DNA of 64,000 nucleotides, from the NCBI GenBank assembly GCA_964016885.1, contig OZ024743.1, forward strand, positions 10,540,001 to 10,604,000. The letters run 5' to 3'. This stretch comes from Eledone cirrhosa (taxonomy: Eukaryota). Under the pieces are notes generated by a model. It saw only the letters and a program-made list of their open reading frames with translations, did not search any database and had not been told where the DNA came from. This document shows positions 51,925-64,000 of the stretch, one piece after another. The translations under genes were made by a program, and so were the position numbers. Position 1 is the stretch's first letter; each line of letters opens with the position of its first letter.

Positions 51925-52715
51925 GATCATCATCATCATCATCATCATCACTGTTTTACATCTGTTTTCCCATGCTTTCATGGGTTGGATGCGTCCTTTC
52001 CAGCAGTGTCTCTCCACTCATTACAGTCTTTCGTCAACACAGATGTATGCATCAGCGATTTGAGATCAGCTCTCACAAATTCTGCCCTGTTTTTCCTAGT
52101 CTTTCCTCTATTGTAGCTCCCTTCCACTGGGATTTCTTGGCACTTCTTCAACCAACGATCATCATCCATGCATATCACTGTACTATACCTGTACAGTCTT
52201 CTATCCTGCACACTACATCTGATTCTTGTTATATCTAGCCTTCCTTACAGTTTATCCATGCTTTGTTGTTCAATTATGTTAACATTGCATATCCATTGGA
52301 GCATATTTGCTTCATTTGTCTGCATTCACTGCCCATGTCTCACTACCATGTAACATCGCTCTTTGTACACAGACATCATGTAGCTGGCCTTTCTTTCATA
52401 AGGAGAAACCTTTTGCTGTCAACAGAGTTTATAGCTCTTTGAACTTTTTTTCATCCTGTTATTACTCTAACTATTACTCTTTCGGTGCAGCCTGCTCCCC
52501 CATTAATGTTGTCCCTAAGTAACAGGAGCTATAAACCACTTCTACGGAAACTTCCTGAGATTGGAAAATATTTATTTTGCTGGTGGTCTTACTACTAACT
52601 ACCCCTCTGCATTTGCTACTTACAATGTTTACCTTTCTATTCTATTACATATCTTGTGTATCTGAGATTTGCTTGGTGTTCGACTCCTTTTCTACTTATT
52701 GACTAGAGCCATCTG
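51925..52715 (-). mobile_element. RTE family-A-like 3' remnant
   Basis: ORF MQDRRLYRY..MDDDRWLKKCQEIPVEG; (CAT)n tail at 51927-51950. Confidence 0.88.
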
Positions 52716-53335
52716 TATTATCTTGAGTTGAAAACTTAATTTATCACCCAGTTTAACAACAGCGTGCTTTTGCTCTTAACAGTCATGAAAATCCTAAGTA
52801 ATGTCATAGGTGTTACCCTTCCAACTCTCTTATTCAATCATGAATCAAAAATATTGAGGGACAGAAGCTTCTTTTGTTAGTTATTTTTATATAATAACAT
52901 GTACATTATTTAACTTCATATTTCTTATATATGTTATATTGTCAAAGAAAAGTGATTCCATAATGTACTGGATTCTCAATGATATTCTACATGGTCAAGT
53001 CATATTGTTTTTTCTTCCTTTAGTACTTTATTTATTGACCTCTGAAAGGTTGAAAGGCAAAATTGGCCTCATAGGAAATAAACTGAATAAAGACAGCTGA
53101 AAAAATAATGCAAGTTACCACCGATCAAGTCACATTAATTTGGCACATAGTTTCTCTATTCTTGTTCTGATATGCATGTGTAGTAGCCCTATGAAGAAAT
53201 TCTTACAAAAGCTATTCAACATTGCTAAACTCAGTAACATGCAAAATTAAAATACATCCTTTGCTTAGGAAAAATATTGAATGACATCATCTGTAAGTGG
53301 CTCATTTATAGTTATCATTAGTTATTATTTGGTTG

Positions 53336-53516
53336 GTGGATTGGCAGTATCGCTAGAGAGTCGGACACCATGCTTTGAAGCATAGAGTTACGTCCCTTTA
53401 TGATCTGAGTTCAAATCCCGCCGAGGTTAACTTTGCCTTTCATCCTTACGGGGTCGATAAAATAAAGTACCAGTAATGTACTGGGTAATTGCTGGCCTTG
53501 TGCCTAAAGTAGAAAC
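53336..53516 (+). mobile_element. SINE family A with 16-bp TSD
   Basis: TSD agttattatttggttg at 53320-53335 and 53517-53532; B box gagttcaaatcc. Confidence 0.92.
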
Positions 53517-53534
53517 AGTTATTATTTGGTTGTA

Positions 53535-53870
53535 TGGATACAGAAGCAGTTAAGAAGTTTACTTCAGAATCATGTGGTCCTGGATTTGATCTCACTGCAT
53601 GGCATGTTGGGCAAGTGTTTATACCATAGCTTGGGGTCAACCCAGGCCTTGTGTTGACAGAAACTGTGGAAATTCATTAGATGGATTGTACTTGTAATTC
53701 ACAGGTCCATTCTTGGCACATATTATGTCATGCTAATATTGCCTGAGAATTGCATTAAGTATACATGTAGAATAATCCACCATTTACACAATGGTTCATG
53801 AATGAAACATACAGTTGATCAAACAACTGAAAGCTCATCGTTGAAGTCAACAGAGGATTCATTGTCATGT
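53535..53870 (+). mobile_element. tRNA-derived SINE (family C, degraded)
   Basis: Collinear with 55108-55400 and about 19800-20090 (ttgggcaagtgt..ccatagc, tgtaattcaaa.ggcc). Confidence 0.6.
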
Positions 53871-54619
53871 AGATGTCATCTTATTCAACCATCAATGTAT
53901 TCATGAGCCAATGAATTTTATTCCCTCAACATGCTAGAAATAACAGTCAAGTTTCCCCTAAATCACAACCTACTATCTAAAATAAAAAAAATCATATTTG
54001 ATAATGTAGCCATATATAACCTTAATAGGATGAATAAAATGCCTTTAATTGTAGACCTGCTCAATTAGAATTGACCTGTGACTAAACAACAACAACCACC
54101 ACAAATATGTAACAAAGTAAAAGTGATTATTGAAACATGCTTTTCATAAGGGCTTGTTTCTAATTAACTGATATTTCCTAGGCAGCACACAATAGATATA
54201 ATGTTTAGGAGAGTGGGAATTGTACATAGAAATAAAGATTGTGTTTTTGAAAACAGCTTAGAGGCACACATTTACATAGGAATAGGGAATTAAAGTGTGT
54301 TGACAAATCAACTAACTGAGATATAGTTAACTGAAAGGGACTAGAATGGCAGAAACATTAGAGCATTGAACAAAATTCTTGTTGAGTTCAATATTTTGCA
54401 GTGGTCCATTTTGCCTCTCACCCTTACCAATTCAATAAATTAAAGTACTGGCAAGTACTGGGTTTTATTTCTATCATTGTATCCTTGATGTGAATAGAAT
54501 TATAATAGAAAAAGAAATATAGTGTAAAAAAAGAAAGTTAAAAAATTATGAGATTAACAATTTTGAATTTTACACAAGTCTAGCCATAACCCAACTTGCA
54601 AATATGGATATGTTAATTA

Positions 54620-55070
54620 TAGCAACAACTGCAGAAATTGCAAAAGTTGTTATACATCTATGACTGCAACTGCTGCAGCTATGTTTAAATATGCAGCAGT
54701 AACTGCAGCTGTCACAACAACCAGCATAAAACTATTGCAGTTGCATTGCCTCCAGCAACAACTGCACAAAATATCATAGCTGTAAAAGCCATTGAAGCAG
54801 TCACAGTAGCTGTAGCAGGTATAGTTCTAACAGTGGTGGCAGCAGTTGCTACTGCTGCACTATTTGTGGGAGAAACTACAGAAATTGCAGTTGCTGCGAG
54901 GGCAGCAAGAGCAGCTGTGAACATTTGCTATAGTCTATGTGAGTGCAGCAGCAGCAGCAGCAACATCTTCAGCCATAGTAACTGAGTGTAATGGAAGCAA
55001 CAACAGTAGTCACAGTAACATGAAGTCAGAAATATTTGCTACTCTTGTGACAAGGGTAGCAGCAGCAATA
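54620..55070. repeat. Cryptic (GCA/ACT)-rich low-complexity tract
   Basis: Degenerate gca/agt triplets giving Ala/Ser/Thr-rich spurious ORFs on both strands. Confidence 0.75.
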
Positions 55071-55107
55071 TTATCTATATTAATGTTAGAACAGAATATT
55101 ATATATA

Positions 55108-55400
55108 GGTGCAGCATAGCTGAATGGTATAGAAGCTTGCTTGCAATCATTAGGTCCTGGGTTTGATCCCACTATGTTGAATCTTGGACAAGTGTCAATT
55201 ACTATAGCTCTGGGTTGCCCCATTCTTTGTGAGTGAAATTGGAAACCTTTTGGATAGACTGTATCTGTAATTCAAAAGGCCAGCCTTGTCACACACTGTG
55301 TAATGCTGAATTTCTTTGAGAATTACATTAAAGGCTGTTTCATTGCTCAGACAACAGGAACACTTATTGTTGAAACTGATGGAGGTTCATTCCACAACAG
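55108..55400 (+). mobile_element. tRNA-derived SINE (family C)
   Basis: A box tagctgaatggtatag, B box gggtttgatccc, core ttggacaagtgt. Confidence 0.65.
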
Positions 55401-56054
55401 AAGATTGTTGAACAACAGTTGATTCAGATACAACTGTGACAATAGCCAGGCACAGTGTAACAGTGAAGAAAAGCTAGATAACAATCAGAAACTATGACAA
55501 AAAAAAAAAGAATTACAATAGTTGCAAGTATGGATATGTGGTTAAAGAGTTCACTTCACAACTTCATGCTTTTGGGTCCAGCTCCACTGTATGTCACCTT
55601 GAGCAAATGTCTTCTTGGTTTAGACCAATGTCTAAAGAAGAAAATTTGGTACACAGAAACTGTGCAGAAGCCCATCACGTATGCGTAAAATGTATGTGTA
55701 TGTTTACAGTCTAACAAAAAAGAAATCAATAAAATAATTACTAGACTTGAAAAAATAAGTAGTGGGGTCAATATGATTTCCTAAATTCTTTCAAGGTGGT
55801 GCCTAAGCATAGCTACAGTTTAAAAGAAAGAAGAGAAATAAATCAATTATCATTGTTGTTTAGCCCAAGGTCATCTCACAACAAGCAGGTGTATAATCAA
55901 AGTATTACACCTGGGACCTCCACAATGTTTAGGACTATATTATAAAATATGTTATTTTCCATACTGAATACAATTGTGCATGATTTTTAGAGTGATATGG
56001 CTGCTATTTCTAGCAGATTAGGGGACCACATAGAAGCTTTCTTGATGGTTTTAT

Positions 56055-58860
56055 ATTATAATAATAATGAAATTATTGTGTAAAGTGCTCAGGTGCACTA
56101 CAACTCGTCAATATAGTACATAGAATAATACACAAATGTCAGGGAAGTACATGTGTGTATGTGTTAGCTGTAGTGTTGGCGGATCTCGGGAAGTATGGAG
56201 GCTTTAAAGGATGCAGTGTCTCGACAGCTAACAACTGATGCAGGTAGTTTGTTCCATGCTTCAGCAACTCTGAGCGTGAAAAAATGTTTCCGAAAGTCAT
56301 GGGAACTCTGCTGTTTTCTTACTTTGTGGGCATGTCCACGTGTGTTAGACACATGGAAATCAAAAAGGTACTCAGGGTTGTTGTTGGCAACATGGTTAAC
56401 AATTTTGTGGGTGTTTACCAAGTCAGTTGCCAGGCGTCGGAGCTTCAATGAATCCATGCCCAGGGAAGCAAGGCGCTCAGGGTATGGTAGATGCCTGATG
56501 GAGGGTATTCGCTTGGTTGCACGTCTCTGAACAGTTTCCAGGCGGTCAATGTCCTGAGCAAGATAGGGGTTCCAGACTGGTGATGCAAATTCTAAGTGTG
56601 GTCACACCATAGCTGTATACAGCCTTAAATAGATATCTGGAGAGCGGCTGACAAAGGTCTTGCTGAGTGATGCTAAGACACCTCGGCCTTCTTGACAATT
56701 TTAGAGACGTGCCTCGTCCAACGCAAATCGCTGCTGACCGTAATGCCCAGGTCACGTTCACAGGAAGACTTCTTGAAATTAGTGCTGTGGAGGGAATATG
56801 TGGACGCTGGGTTTTTACTCCCAAAATGCATGGTGGTGCACTTGTCCACAGCTAGCTTGAGTTGCCAGTCTGAGATCCATTGTTGCATTGTGTCCAGGTC
56901 AGACTGCAAGCAAGATCTATAGTGTTTAGGATCTGTCCTTTTTATCTCAAGGTACAGCTTGATGTCGTCTGCGTACTTTAGTACTGTGGAATTCCTTAAG
57001 TTGGCATCTATGTCATTAATATATGCCACAAACAAAAGGGAGCCAAGAACAGATCCCTGTGGTACACCAGATAACATCTCATATGGTGAGGAATGCTGTC
57101 CCAGAACCGTGACTACATCTCTTCGACTGAGAATGAAGGACTTCAACCAGTTAAAAAGATCATCCTTCACACCCATTGCAGAGAGTTTTGCCATAAGCCT
57201 TTTGTGTGCCACAGAATTGAAGGCCTTCGCAAAGTCAAGGTAAACAACATCCACCCATGAGCCGCCATCAGTGATCCGGGTGGTGTCCTCAAGAAACTCT
57301 ATAAGTTGATCACAGCAGCTGGAGTTGGGGATAAATCCAAATTGCGAGGGCCGGATAAGACTGTGAGAGCTCCAGAAGTTCCAAAGTGTTTCCCTGACAC
57401 AGGATTCCATCAGTTTGGCGATGCAACTAGTAAGACTGACTGGACGATAGTTCACAGGTGTTGTGCGGTCACCCTTTTTGAACAGAGGAATGACACTGGC
57501 AGTTTTCCACTGTTCTGGAGTAGCACTGTTGTTCAGACAGAATTGGAAGAAGCGTGATAACTGGTGTAGAAGGAAGTACCCACCACGTTTAAGAAGCAGG
57601 TACGTAACACCATCAAGACCAGGAGAGGCATGGTTGCGTTTATGTTTTAGGTGACGTCGCAGCATTGCAGGTGTAAATTCCATGGTTGTAATAGAGTCCG
57701 GTGTCATAGGTGGTGGAGATGGCACACTCTGGTCTTCAATAGTGAAAATGCCTGCATAGCATTCAGCAATGAGCTCTGCGCATTCCTTGGGGTTGTCAGT
57801 AACCTGGCTTGTGTGGGGATTGCGAAGAGGACTAACTGGAGAGTGAGGCCTCTGCTTTGAGTGAACATACTTCCAGAACACCTTACTGTCAGGGCTGGTT
57901 GCTATGCGCTGCTCAAATTGAAGCACTGCCTTTTTTGTCACCTGTTTGAGGTGGTTGGACGATCTATTTCGCCTCTTCCTATTAATGTCTGATTTGTGAA
58001 GTTTGTACTCACGTTCAGCATTGCGCCGTTCTTTTCTGGCAAGACGGACTGCTGCAGTCTCCCAAATTGCGCTTTTGGGATGTTTTTTCTGCTTACGTGG
58101 CACCGATGCTGCACATGCTGTCCATATTGAGCTCAGGATGTTCTGGAGTACAGTGTTGACATCTCCAGAGTCGTAGAACTCAAGCCAGTTTGGCCGTTGC
58201 AACTCGGTGCAGTAACAGTTCCAGTCTGCTTTATTCCAGTCAAATTGAGCAGTTTGGAGATGGTTGTGGTTCTTGTTATTGCCCATGAGGGATAGATTGG
58301 CAATGATCATAGCATGATCAGTCACCTAAAGGTTCCTCAGCAGTAACACTAATGACTGTTTCAGGAGTAGTGGTGAAGCGTAGGTCCAAAGTGTTGTCAC
58401 CTCTCGTTGGGGAGGTGACCACCTGGGACCAACTCGAGTCCAGCACCAGCTCAAGGAAGTCATTTGCACTTGGCAGCCAACGAAAGGTCTCCCAGTCAAT
58501 CTCAGGGTGATTGAAGTCACCTGCAATGAAAACATAAGTGGCTGTCTTCCTGGCAGCAGCTCTGAGGATATCACAAAGTTGAGTGTCCTGATGGTAATTT
58601 GGGGGACGGTAAACGACTCCAAGTAGCAGTGTTGACATGGTCATACGTATATCGCAGAAAAAAACTTCCTGCTGTGATTGGTTCAAATCAGCACAAGGAA
58701 TTGCCGACAGATTTGACCGAACGTAGACCATTACACCACCACCACCACAATTAATGCGGTCTTTACGAAACAGGTTGTAGCCAGTCATGCTGAAAACCCC
58801 ATCGCAGAGTAAGGGATGTGCCCAAGTTTCTGTGACTGTAATGAAGTCCGGGTTGATACT
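56055..58860 (-). mobile_element. CR1-group LINE, ORF2 nearly complete, 5'-truncated inside the endonuclease
   Basis: APE (TETW, RKDR, YRPP, GDFNHP, NTLDL, DH), RT (YLDFAKAF, SGVPQGSVLG, YADD, ERDLG) and C-terminal TRGH..K..RKHFF..RV..AWNKLP; short 3'UTR and (ATT)n tail. Confidence 0.93.
56164..58860 (-). pseudogene. CR1 ORF2 with frameshifts
   Basis: ORFs 58318-58788, 56673-58325 (550 aa) and 56164-56457; breaks near 58320 and 56670. Confidence 0.88.
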
Positions 58861-59589
58861 TTATTACTAAACCAGACTAGATACTTCTTGCAGCAAGCAG
58901 TATAAAAATAATTGCTGCCTTTAATTACTTTCTACAACATGTAGTGTTACAATAATCATACTATTTATTAACATCATACTATGTATTAACTTCACCCACA
59001 GACACTGAGTGCCATGTTACTATATATACAAATAAATACAATACATAAGCAATATTAGTGCATAGAAAGTCTAATATGCAGTGTAGCAATAAATACAATA
59101 AGCAGTCTGACACCATACAGTGTAATAATTCAAGTAATAAGTAGTCACACTGCAGTCATACAACAAGCAACACCACAATGAGCAGTTACACTATAGAGGC
59201 AGTTATGTGGTAGTATAAGCTAAGTAACAATTGTTGTAATGCCAAATAACATTATGGCATTCATCCTCTCAGTTTCAATGCTAGTGGAGTAACACTAGCT
59301 CAGTTCTGAATAGACCGCTCATCAAAAACATGCTAACTGTAACCATTCTGTATTTTATTCAAGTTTAGTATAACTAGGATATCATCCAAACACTTTTTTA
59401 AGGTGAGGTTTGTGTGATTTGAGGGAGATTTGGCTGTTATTCTCAGCAGGTTTAGTGACCACATATAGGTTCTCATGTGGACAGTAACTGCTAACATTGA
59501 TGCTTTGACTTTTATTGTATATATCTTCTACATAAAACATAAGAGCATTAGTGCAATAACCACAGTCATGTGAGTCCAGAATCAACCCC

Positions 59590-59885
59590 ATTGCTGGTGC
59601 CATGATAAATTACACTGAGCCCATTCTAAAAAATGGTAGTGCTGGTGCCATGATAAAAGGCACTCAGTCCATTGAAAAGTATTACTGTTGGTACCACAAT
59701 AAAATGCACCCAATATACTGTGGAAGATGGTTGGCATGAGGAAGAGTGTCCTGCCAAATTGAAACGAGCTAAACGTGGTCATCTGATTTCTCTAATTGCA
59801 GAACATGACAACCCATTCAACTAGTAAATAGCCAGTAAAGAAAATAGATGTAAAACGATGATAAAGATTATGATGATAATGATGT
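59590..59885 (+). mobile_element. RTE 3'UTR module array with tail (degraded)
   Basis: Three gtgctggtgccatgataaa-type units, then ggttggcatgaggaag and a (GAT)n-like tail. Confidence 0.7.
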
Positions 59886-59959
59886 GTGGTACTTACACAA
59901 GTGTCTTCTTGGTTTGACAAATGCATTGTGACATTTAGAAGTTCTCATTTAGACGGGTT

Positions 59960-61090
59960 CAATCAAAGGAGGTAGAAAAAGCACCTTTAAAAATGTTGTA
60001 CAACAATGTGGCCTTATTGCAATGCAGCCAGTAGGGACACTGTGTCTTGGGAGGAGTTTGTGGTTGAGTGGAAGATCGAATGGAAGGAATTGTGGTCATG
60101 GGAGTCAGGCAGGACCAGTTTTCTGGTTTGCACATGCTTTCTAGTCCCACAAAACTAAAATGCAGGAAAGTAGAAGAGAGTGGCCTGTACAAAGGCAAGA
60201 AGGTTAGAATGATGGCACATACTGTCCAGTTGCCCACTGGGCCTGATAGATACACATGGTGGCATAACCAGATGTTTAGAGTACTGGCTAATGCAGTGGA
60301 AGAAAGTGTGAAGCAGATGAAAAATAGCTAAAAACTACATGTAGTGGAGAAGAGCAGGATGAAGTTTTGTGAAGAAGAACACTGAAAGCCAGGTATGAAA
60401 AAAAACTGACCCAAAATTGGAGGGGGTCTGGGAGGTCTCAGATGACCTGGATGGCAAATACCAATTTCATCTTTTTACCAACAAGAGACCTGACCGCATC
60501 TTGTGTTACAAGGAAAGGAAGGTGGTGAAGATGGAGCTTACTGCCTCATGGGAGATGAACATTGATGATGAATTCATCATCGGGAAATACATTGAGCTGG
60601 TTGAAATCTGCGAAACCTGTGGATGTCAGACATCTTGTTTCTCTGCAAAAGTAGGAGTTAGAGGATTTGACAAACCCAGGGTTGACTGACTCTACAGGGG
60701 CCTTAGACCGGCAGCAAAGGAAAGGAAACATCTTTCAAGAGCATTATCAAAGGCAAATGAGAAAGTGAGTTAGTACATCTGGCTCAAAAGAGATGATGAA
60801 TGGTGCACTTGACACATTGAAGTGGATGGAGACATCTCACTTGGTGTCACAACCTTAAACTCCTCAAATTCCATGTTGTTCTGGCATGTTGAAGTGAATG
60901 AAGTCACATCAGACTCATCTAAGATTTTTCCGTTGTGCAGGGGTTTTATGGCCTACATTGGTAGGTGGCCCTCAATAGCTTTGGTGTCACAGTTGAAGGG
61001 GCTGAAACACCTACATAGATACTTCACCACCTGATGAGACATCAACTCCTGTTTTCAGAGACAGTATACAGCAGCACCCTCAGCACTTGT
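59960..61090 (+). mobile_element. HERO-like (R2 group, RLE endonuclease) non-LTR element 3' fragment
   Basis: WKELWSWE, RYTWWHNQM, RPD..K..ELTASWE, KY.ELVE.C and VGVRGF fit the CCHC plus PD-(D/E)xK region; frameshifted. Confidence 0.75.
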
Positions 61091-61266
61091 CTGGGTTTAT
61101 CAAATATATATATATGAGAAGTAGCATAAACATAACATGGTTCTTCATAGACGGGAATATGAAGGCATATTGATGTATTTATATATAATAAACTTACGCA
61201 AATCTTAATATGAATGTTTTAAGCTGTGATAGTGCCACAGCAATCACATCTCTATTATATATATAT

Positions 61267-63257
61267 AAATTTAGCAAAGCCCTTCAAGATGTGTATGACG
61301 AAAAAGAAGACGATTTAGAGTTGTATTACATAGATGATAACTGGAATTTCTTACGTGACAATTTACTGCAGGCTACTGAAAAAACTTGTGGTTGGGGCAG
61401 AGTTTCAACCAGAGAGAGAGTGACCTGGTGGTGGAACAGCACGGTAGATAGGGCCATTAGAGACAAAAGACTGGCATGGAAGGCTTGGAAAAATGGTGGG
61501 AGTAGGGAAGGATACACAGCTGCTAGGAGAGAAGCTAGACGTCAGGTGTACATAGCACGCAGGGGGGCTGAGAGTAGAAGGTTTGCCAATGTTCTGCGAC
61601 GGGAAGATCAGAGACGTGCGGTGTTCCGCATTGCAAGGCAGTGTGTCAGTGCAAATCAGGATGTTGTTGGAGATAAATGTATCCGGAATGATGCCGGTGT
61701 ACGTAGTGTCACGAATGATCAAAAAAAGGAAGCCTGGAAATGTCACTATGAGAGACTGATGAATGTGGAGAATAAATGGGACAGAGAGAAATTACCCTCA
61801 GTAGATCCAACAGAGGGACCAGCTATTGAGATTGACGAATATAGGGTACAAGAGGCAATTAAAGAAATGAAGAATGGTAAGGCTGCTGGACCGTCGGGGA
61901 TAGTTGCTGAGATGCTGAAGGCATCAGATGAAGTAGGCATTAAACTTGTTGCACGCCTCATCAATCAAGTTATATATGGTGGTGTCATACCCAAAGACTG
62001 GTGCAGCAGTATTCTCATAAATTGCTACAAAGGTAAAGGGGATGCTCTAGAGAGGAGCAATTACAGGGGCATAAAGCTGATGGATCAGGTTATGAAAGTG
62101 GCAGAGAGAATATTAGCGCAAACTAGATGAGATGCAGTTTGGTTTTGTGCTTCGGAAAAGTACAACAGATGCTCTCTTCTTAGTGATGCAACTACAAGAG
62201 AAGTTCTTAGAGAAGAATAAGCCACTATAATTAGCTTTTGTTGACCTAGAGAAGGCCTTTGATAGGGTACCCCGATCTGTCATCTGGTGGTCCCTAAGGA
62301 AACTAGGTGTAGAGGAATGGCTTGTGAGGGCAGTGCAAGCTATGTATAGGGGTGCTCTCAGTAAAGTGAGAGTAGGAATGGAGTTTAGTGGGGAATTCCA
62401 GATACAAGTAGCTGTACATCAGGGTTTGGTCCTCAGCCCGCTCCTGTTCATTATAGTCCTCCAAGCCATAACAGAGGAGTTTAAGACTGGCTGTCCATGG
62501 GAACTTCTCTATGCTGATGATCTGGCTCTTATAGCAGAATCAGTAGAGGAGATAGAGAATAAATTCTGGCTATGGAAACAGCAGTTGGAATCATGAGGAC
62601 TGAGAGTGAACATAGCTAAGACAAAAGTGTTGATAAGTAGAAGAGAGGACAATACTCTGATTCCATCAGGGAAATGGCCATGTTCGATATGTAGGAAAGG
62701 AACTGGCATAAATTCCATAAAATGTATGCAATGCAGATCTTGGGTACACAAGAGATGTAGTGGGATAGCAGGCAAACTAACAGGTAGGGAAAACTACGTA
62801 TGCAGTAGATGTATAGGGAAAGTTGGCAGTATTAATCGCAGTGATAGACACATTTTTCCAATGCAGGTGGGTTCTATAGAAGTGGTTGATAGCTTCTGGT
62901 ACCTAGTTGATCAGATTAGCATCGGAGGAGGGTGTTCTGAGGCCGTAGTATCTAGAATAAGGACAGGTTGGAATAAGTTTAGGGAGCTGCTTCCTTTGTT
63001 GACAAAGAAGGATTTCTCCCTGCGTATGAAAGGACGGTTATATGATGCCTGTGTGAGATGCGCGATGCTGCATGGTAGTGAGACATGGGCGGCAACTGCA
63101 AAGGATATGCGATGGCTGGAGAGAAATGAAGCAAATATGCTCCATTGGATGTGCAATGTCAATGTGCGTGAACGACCAAGCATAGACGAGTTGAGAAAGA
63201 AACTGGGTATAAGAGGGATAAGTTGTGGTGTGCAGGAGAGAAGGCTGAGATGGTATG
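61267..63257 (+). mobile_element. RTE family A copy, 5'-truncated, disrupted and interrupted by an LTR element
   Basis: Collinear with 15577-17574; ORFs 61210-62130, 62324-62596 and 62606 onward; homology stops at RRLRWY. Confidence 0.93.
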
Positions 63258-63644
63258 TGTGGGTATGGTGTGGTGTGCGGTGGCCGGAAGCTGGGGAGTG
63301 CTCGACCGGAAGAGTGCTTGACCGGAAGGGTACTCGACCGGAAGGGCCAGCAGGTTGGCCTCTCTCTAGCCGTGATCAGGAACGTGGTGGACGCGCGTTT
63401 TGCAGCTCCCGGTTTTAACAAGTCGGATTGTACGCACGTGGAAGAGGAGAAACCAGCCATGGGATCTAGCGGCGCCTTTGAAAAGCGGTAAGTGAGGTAG
63501 CTTTTTCTAACCACAAGCTATTTCAGCACTGGAAACTGAGATCTGATTGAAAAGAAAAAAAAACTTTCTCGAAAACAAAGCTACTGGAAAAACAGAGAGG
63601 AGTCTGTTGTTTTTTTATTACGTCCCGCAAGACAAATTAGGATA
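63258..63644 (+). mobile_element. 5' LTR of a Gypsy-like retrotransposon
   Basis: Begins TGTGGG exactly where RTE homology ends; CpG-rich with internal ctcgaccggaag repeats; followed by PBS and gag. The 3' end is either CCCGCA at 63629 or just before the PBS. Confidence 0.7.
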
Positions 63645-63654
63645 TGGCGACGAG
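63645..63654 (+). promoter_or_regulatory. Primer-binding site, complementary to the tRNA-Ser(GCU) 3' end
   Basis: TGGCGACGAG is the reverse complement of CUCGUCGCCA. Confidence 0.7.
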
Positions 63655-63657
63655 ACT

Positions 63658-64000
63658 ATGAATGGGCGAAGCGATTAGGGCATTTACCGGTGAAGGCGAT
63701 GTTGTCGCTTGACTGCGAAAAGTCCGGCTGGTCACAAGCTTACAGAAGATAGAAGATGTGACTGCCCTCATGGCACTGTACCTCAAGGGGGACGCGTTGG
63801 TACTCTTCCTTGAGATGGATGAACACAGCCAAAGGGATGCACAAAAGATTGAGAGGCGCATGATGGAAGCGTTCGTGGAGGGACCGTTAGCTGGCAAGAA
63901 TTAGATGGAACGGCGAACGCGTTGACATTTTCGCAGCGGAAATATGGCGATTGGCCATGTTGGCTGGATATCAGGTGGAATGCGAACGCACGGTTTGGTT
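63658..64000 (+). pseudogene. gag: Gypsy-like gag N-terminus, with premature stop; runs off the window
   Basis: IRAFTGEGDVVA*LRKVRLVTSLQKIEDVTALMALYLKGDALVLFLEMDE resembles invertebrate Gypsy gag and starts just after the PBS. Confidence 0.65.

Noticed and set aside
53336-53430. tRNA gene-like A/B boxes
   Set aside because: These are SINE heads with no complete cloverleaf, followed by SINE core, tail and TSD.
54712-55166. Ala/Thr/Ser-rich ORFs resembling antifreeze or membrane proteins
   Set aside because: Products of a degenerate GCA triplet tract, open on both strands, with no splice or homology support.
61210-61266. N-terminus of the 306-aa ORF
   Set aside because: Flanking AT-rich DNA fortuitously in frame with the truncated RTE.
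62606-63418. Apparent novel C-terminal extension of the RTE RT
   Set aside because: Read-through into the inserted LTR after RRLRWY in an already disrupted copy.

Overview
AT-rich, gene-poor eukaryotic DNA made almost entirely of transposable elements and microsatellites. The mix of RTE LINEs with (GAT)n tails, tRNA-derived SINEs and long (TA)/(CA) tracts suggests a mollusc, probably an octopod (inference, not verified). Main elements: a near full-length but disrupted RTE LINE (14.6-17.8 kb); a 5'-truncated RTE with an intact 587-aa RT ORF nested in an older RTE (25.7-28.0 kb); many RTE remnants; a CR1-group LINE on the minus strand (56.1-58.9 kb); a HERO-like RLE element fragment; a Vingi-like remnant; the 5' LTR, PBS and gag start of a Gypsy-like element interrupting an RTE at the window end; SINEs with clear TSDs; hAT-like and TTAA-flanked MITEs; Helitron-like ends. 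The only host-gene candidate is a pair of minus-strand exons near 21.4-21.8 kb. Most notable: (1) a C4HC3 PHD finger inside the RT region of two RTE families; (2) a modular, covarying hairpin/pseudoknot array shared by RTE 5' UTRs, 3' UTRs and chimeric SINEs; (3) hammerhead-like motifs, including a permuted one at the HERO-like 3' end; (4) perfect palindromes next to (TA)n tracts. All calls were made by eye with no database search, and boundaries of degraded elements are approximate.
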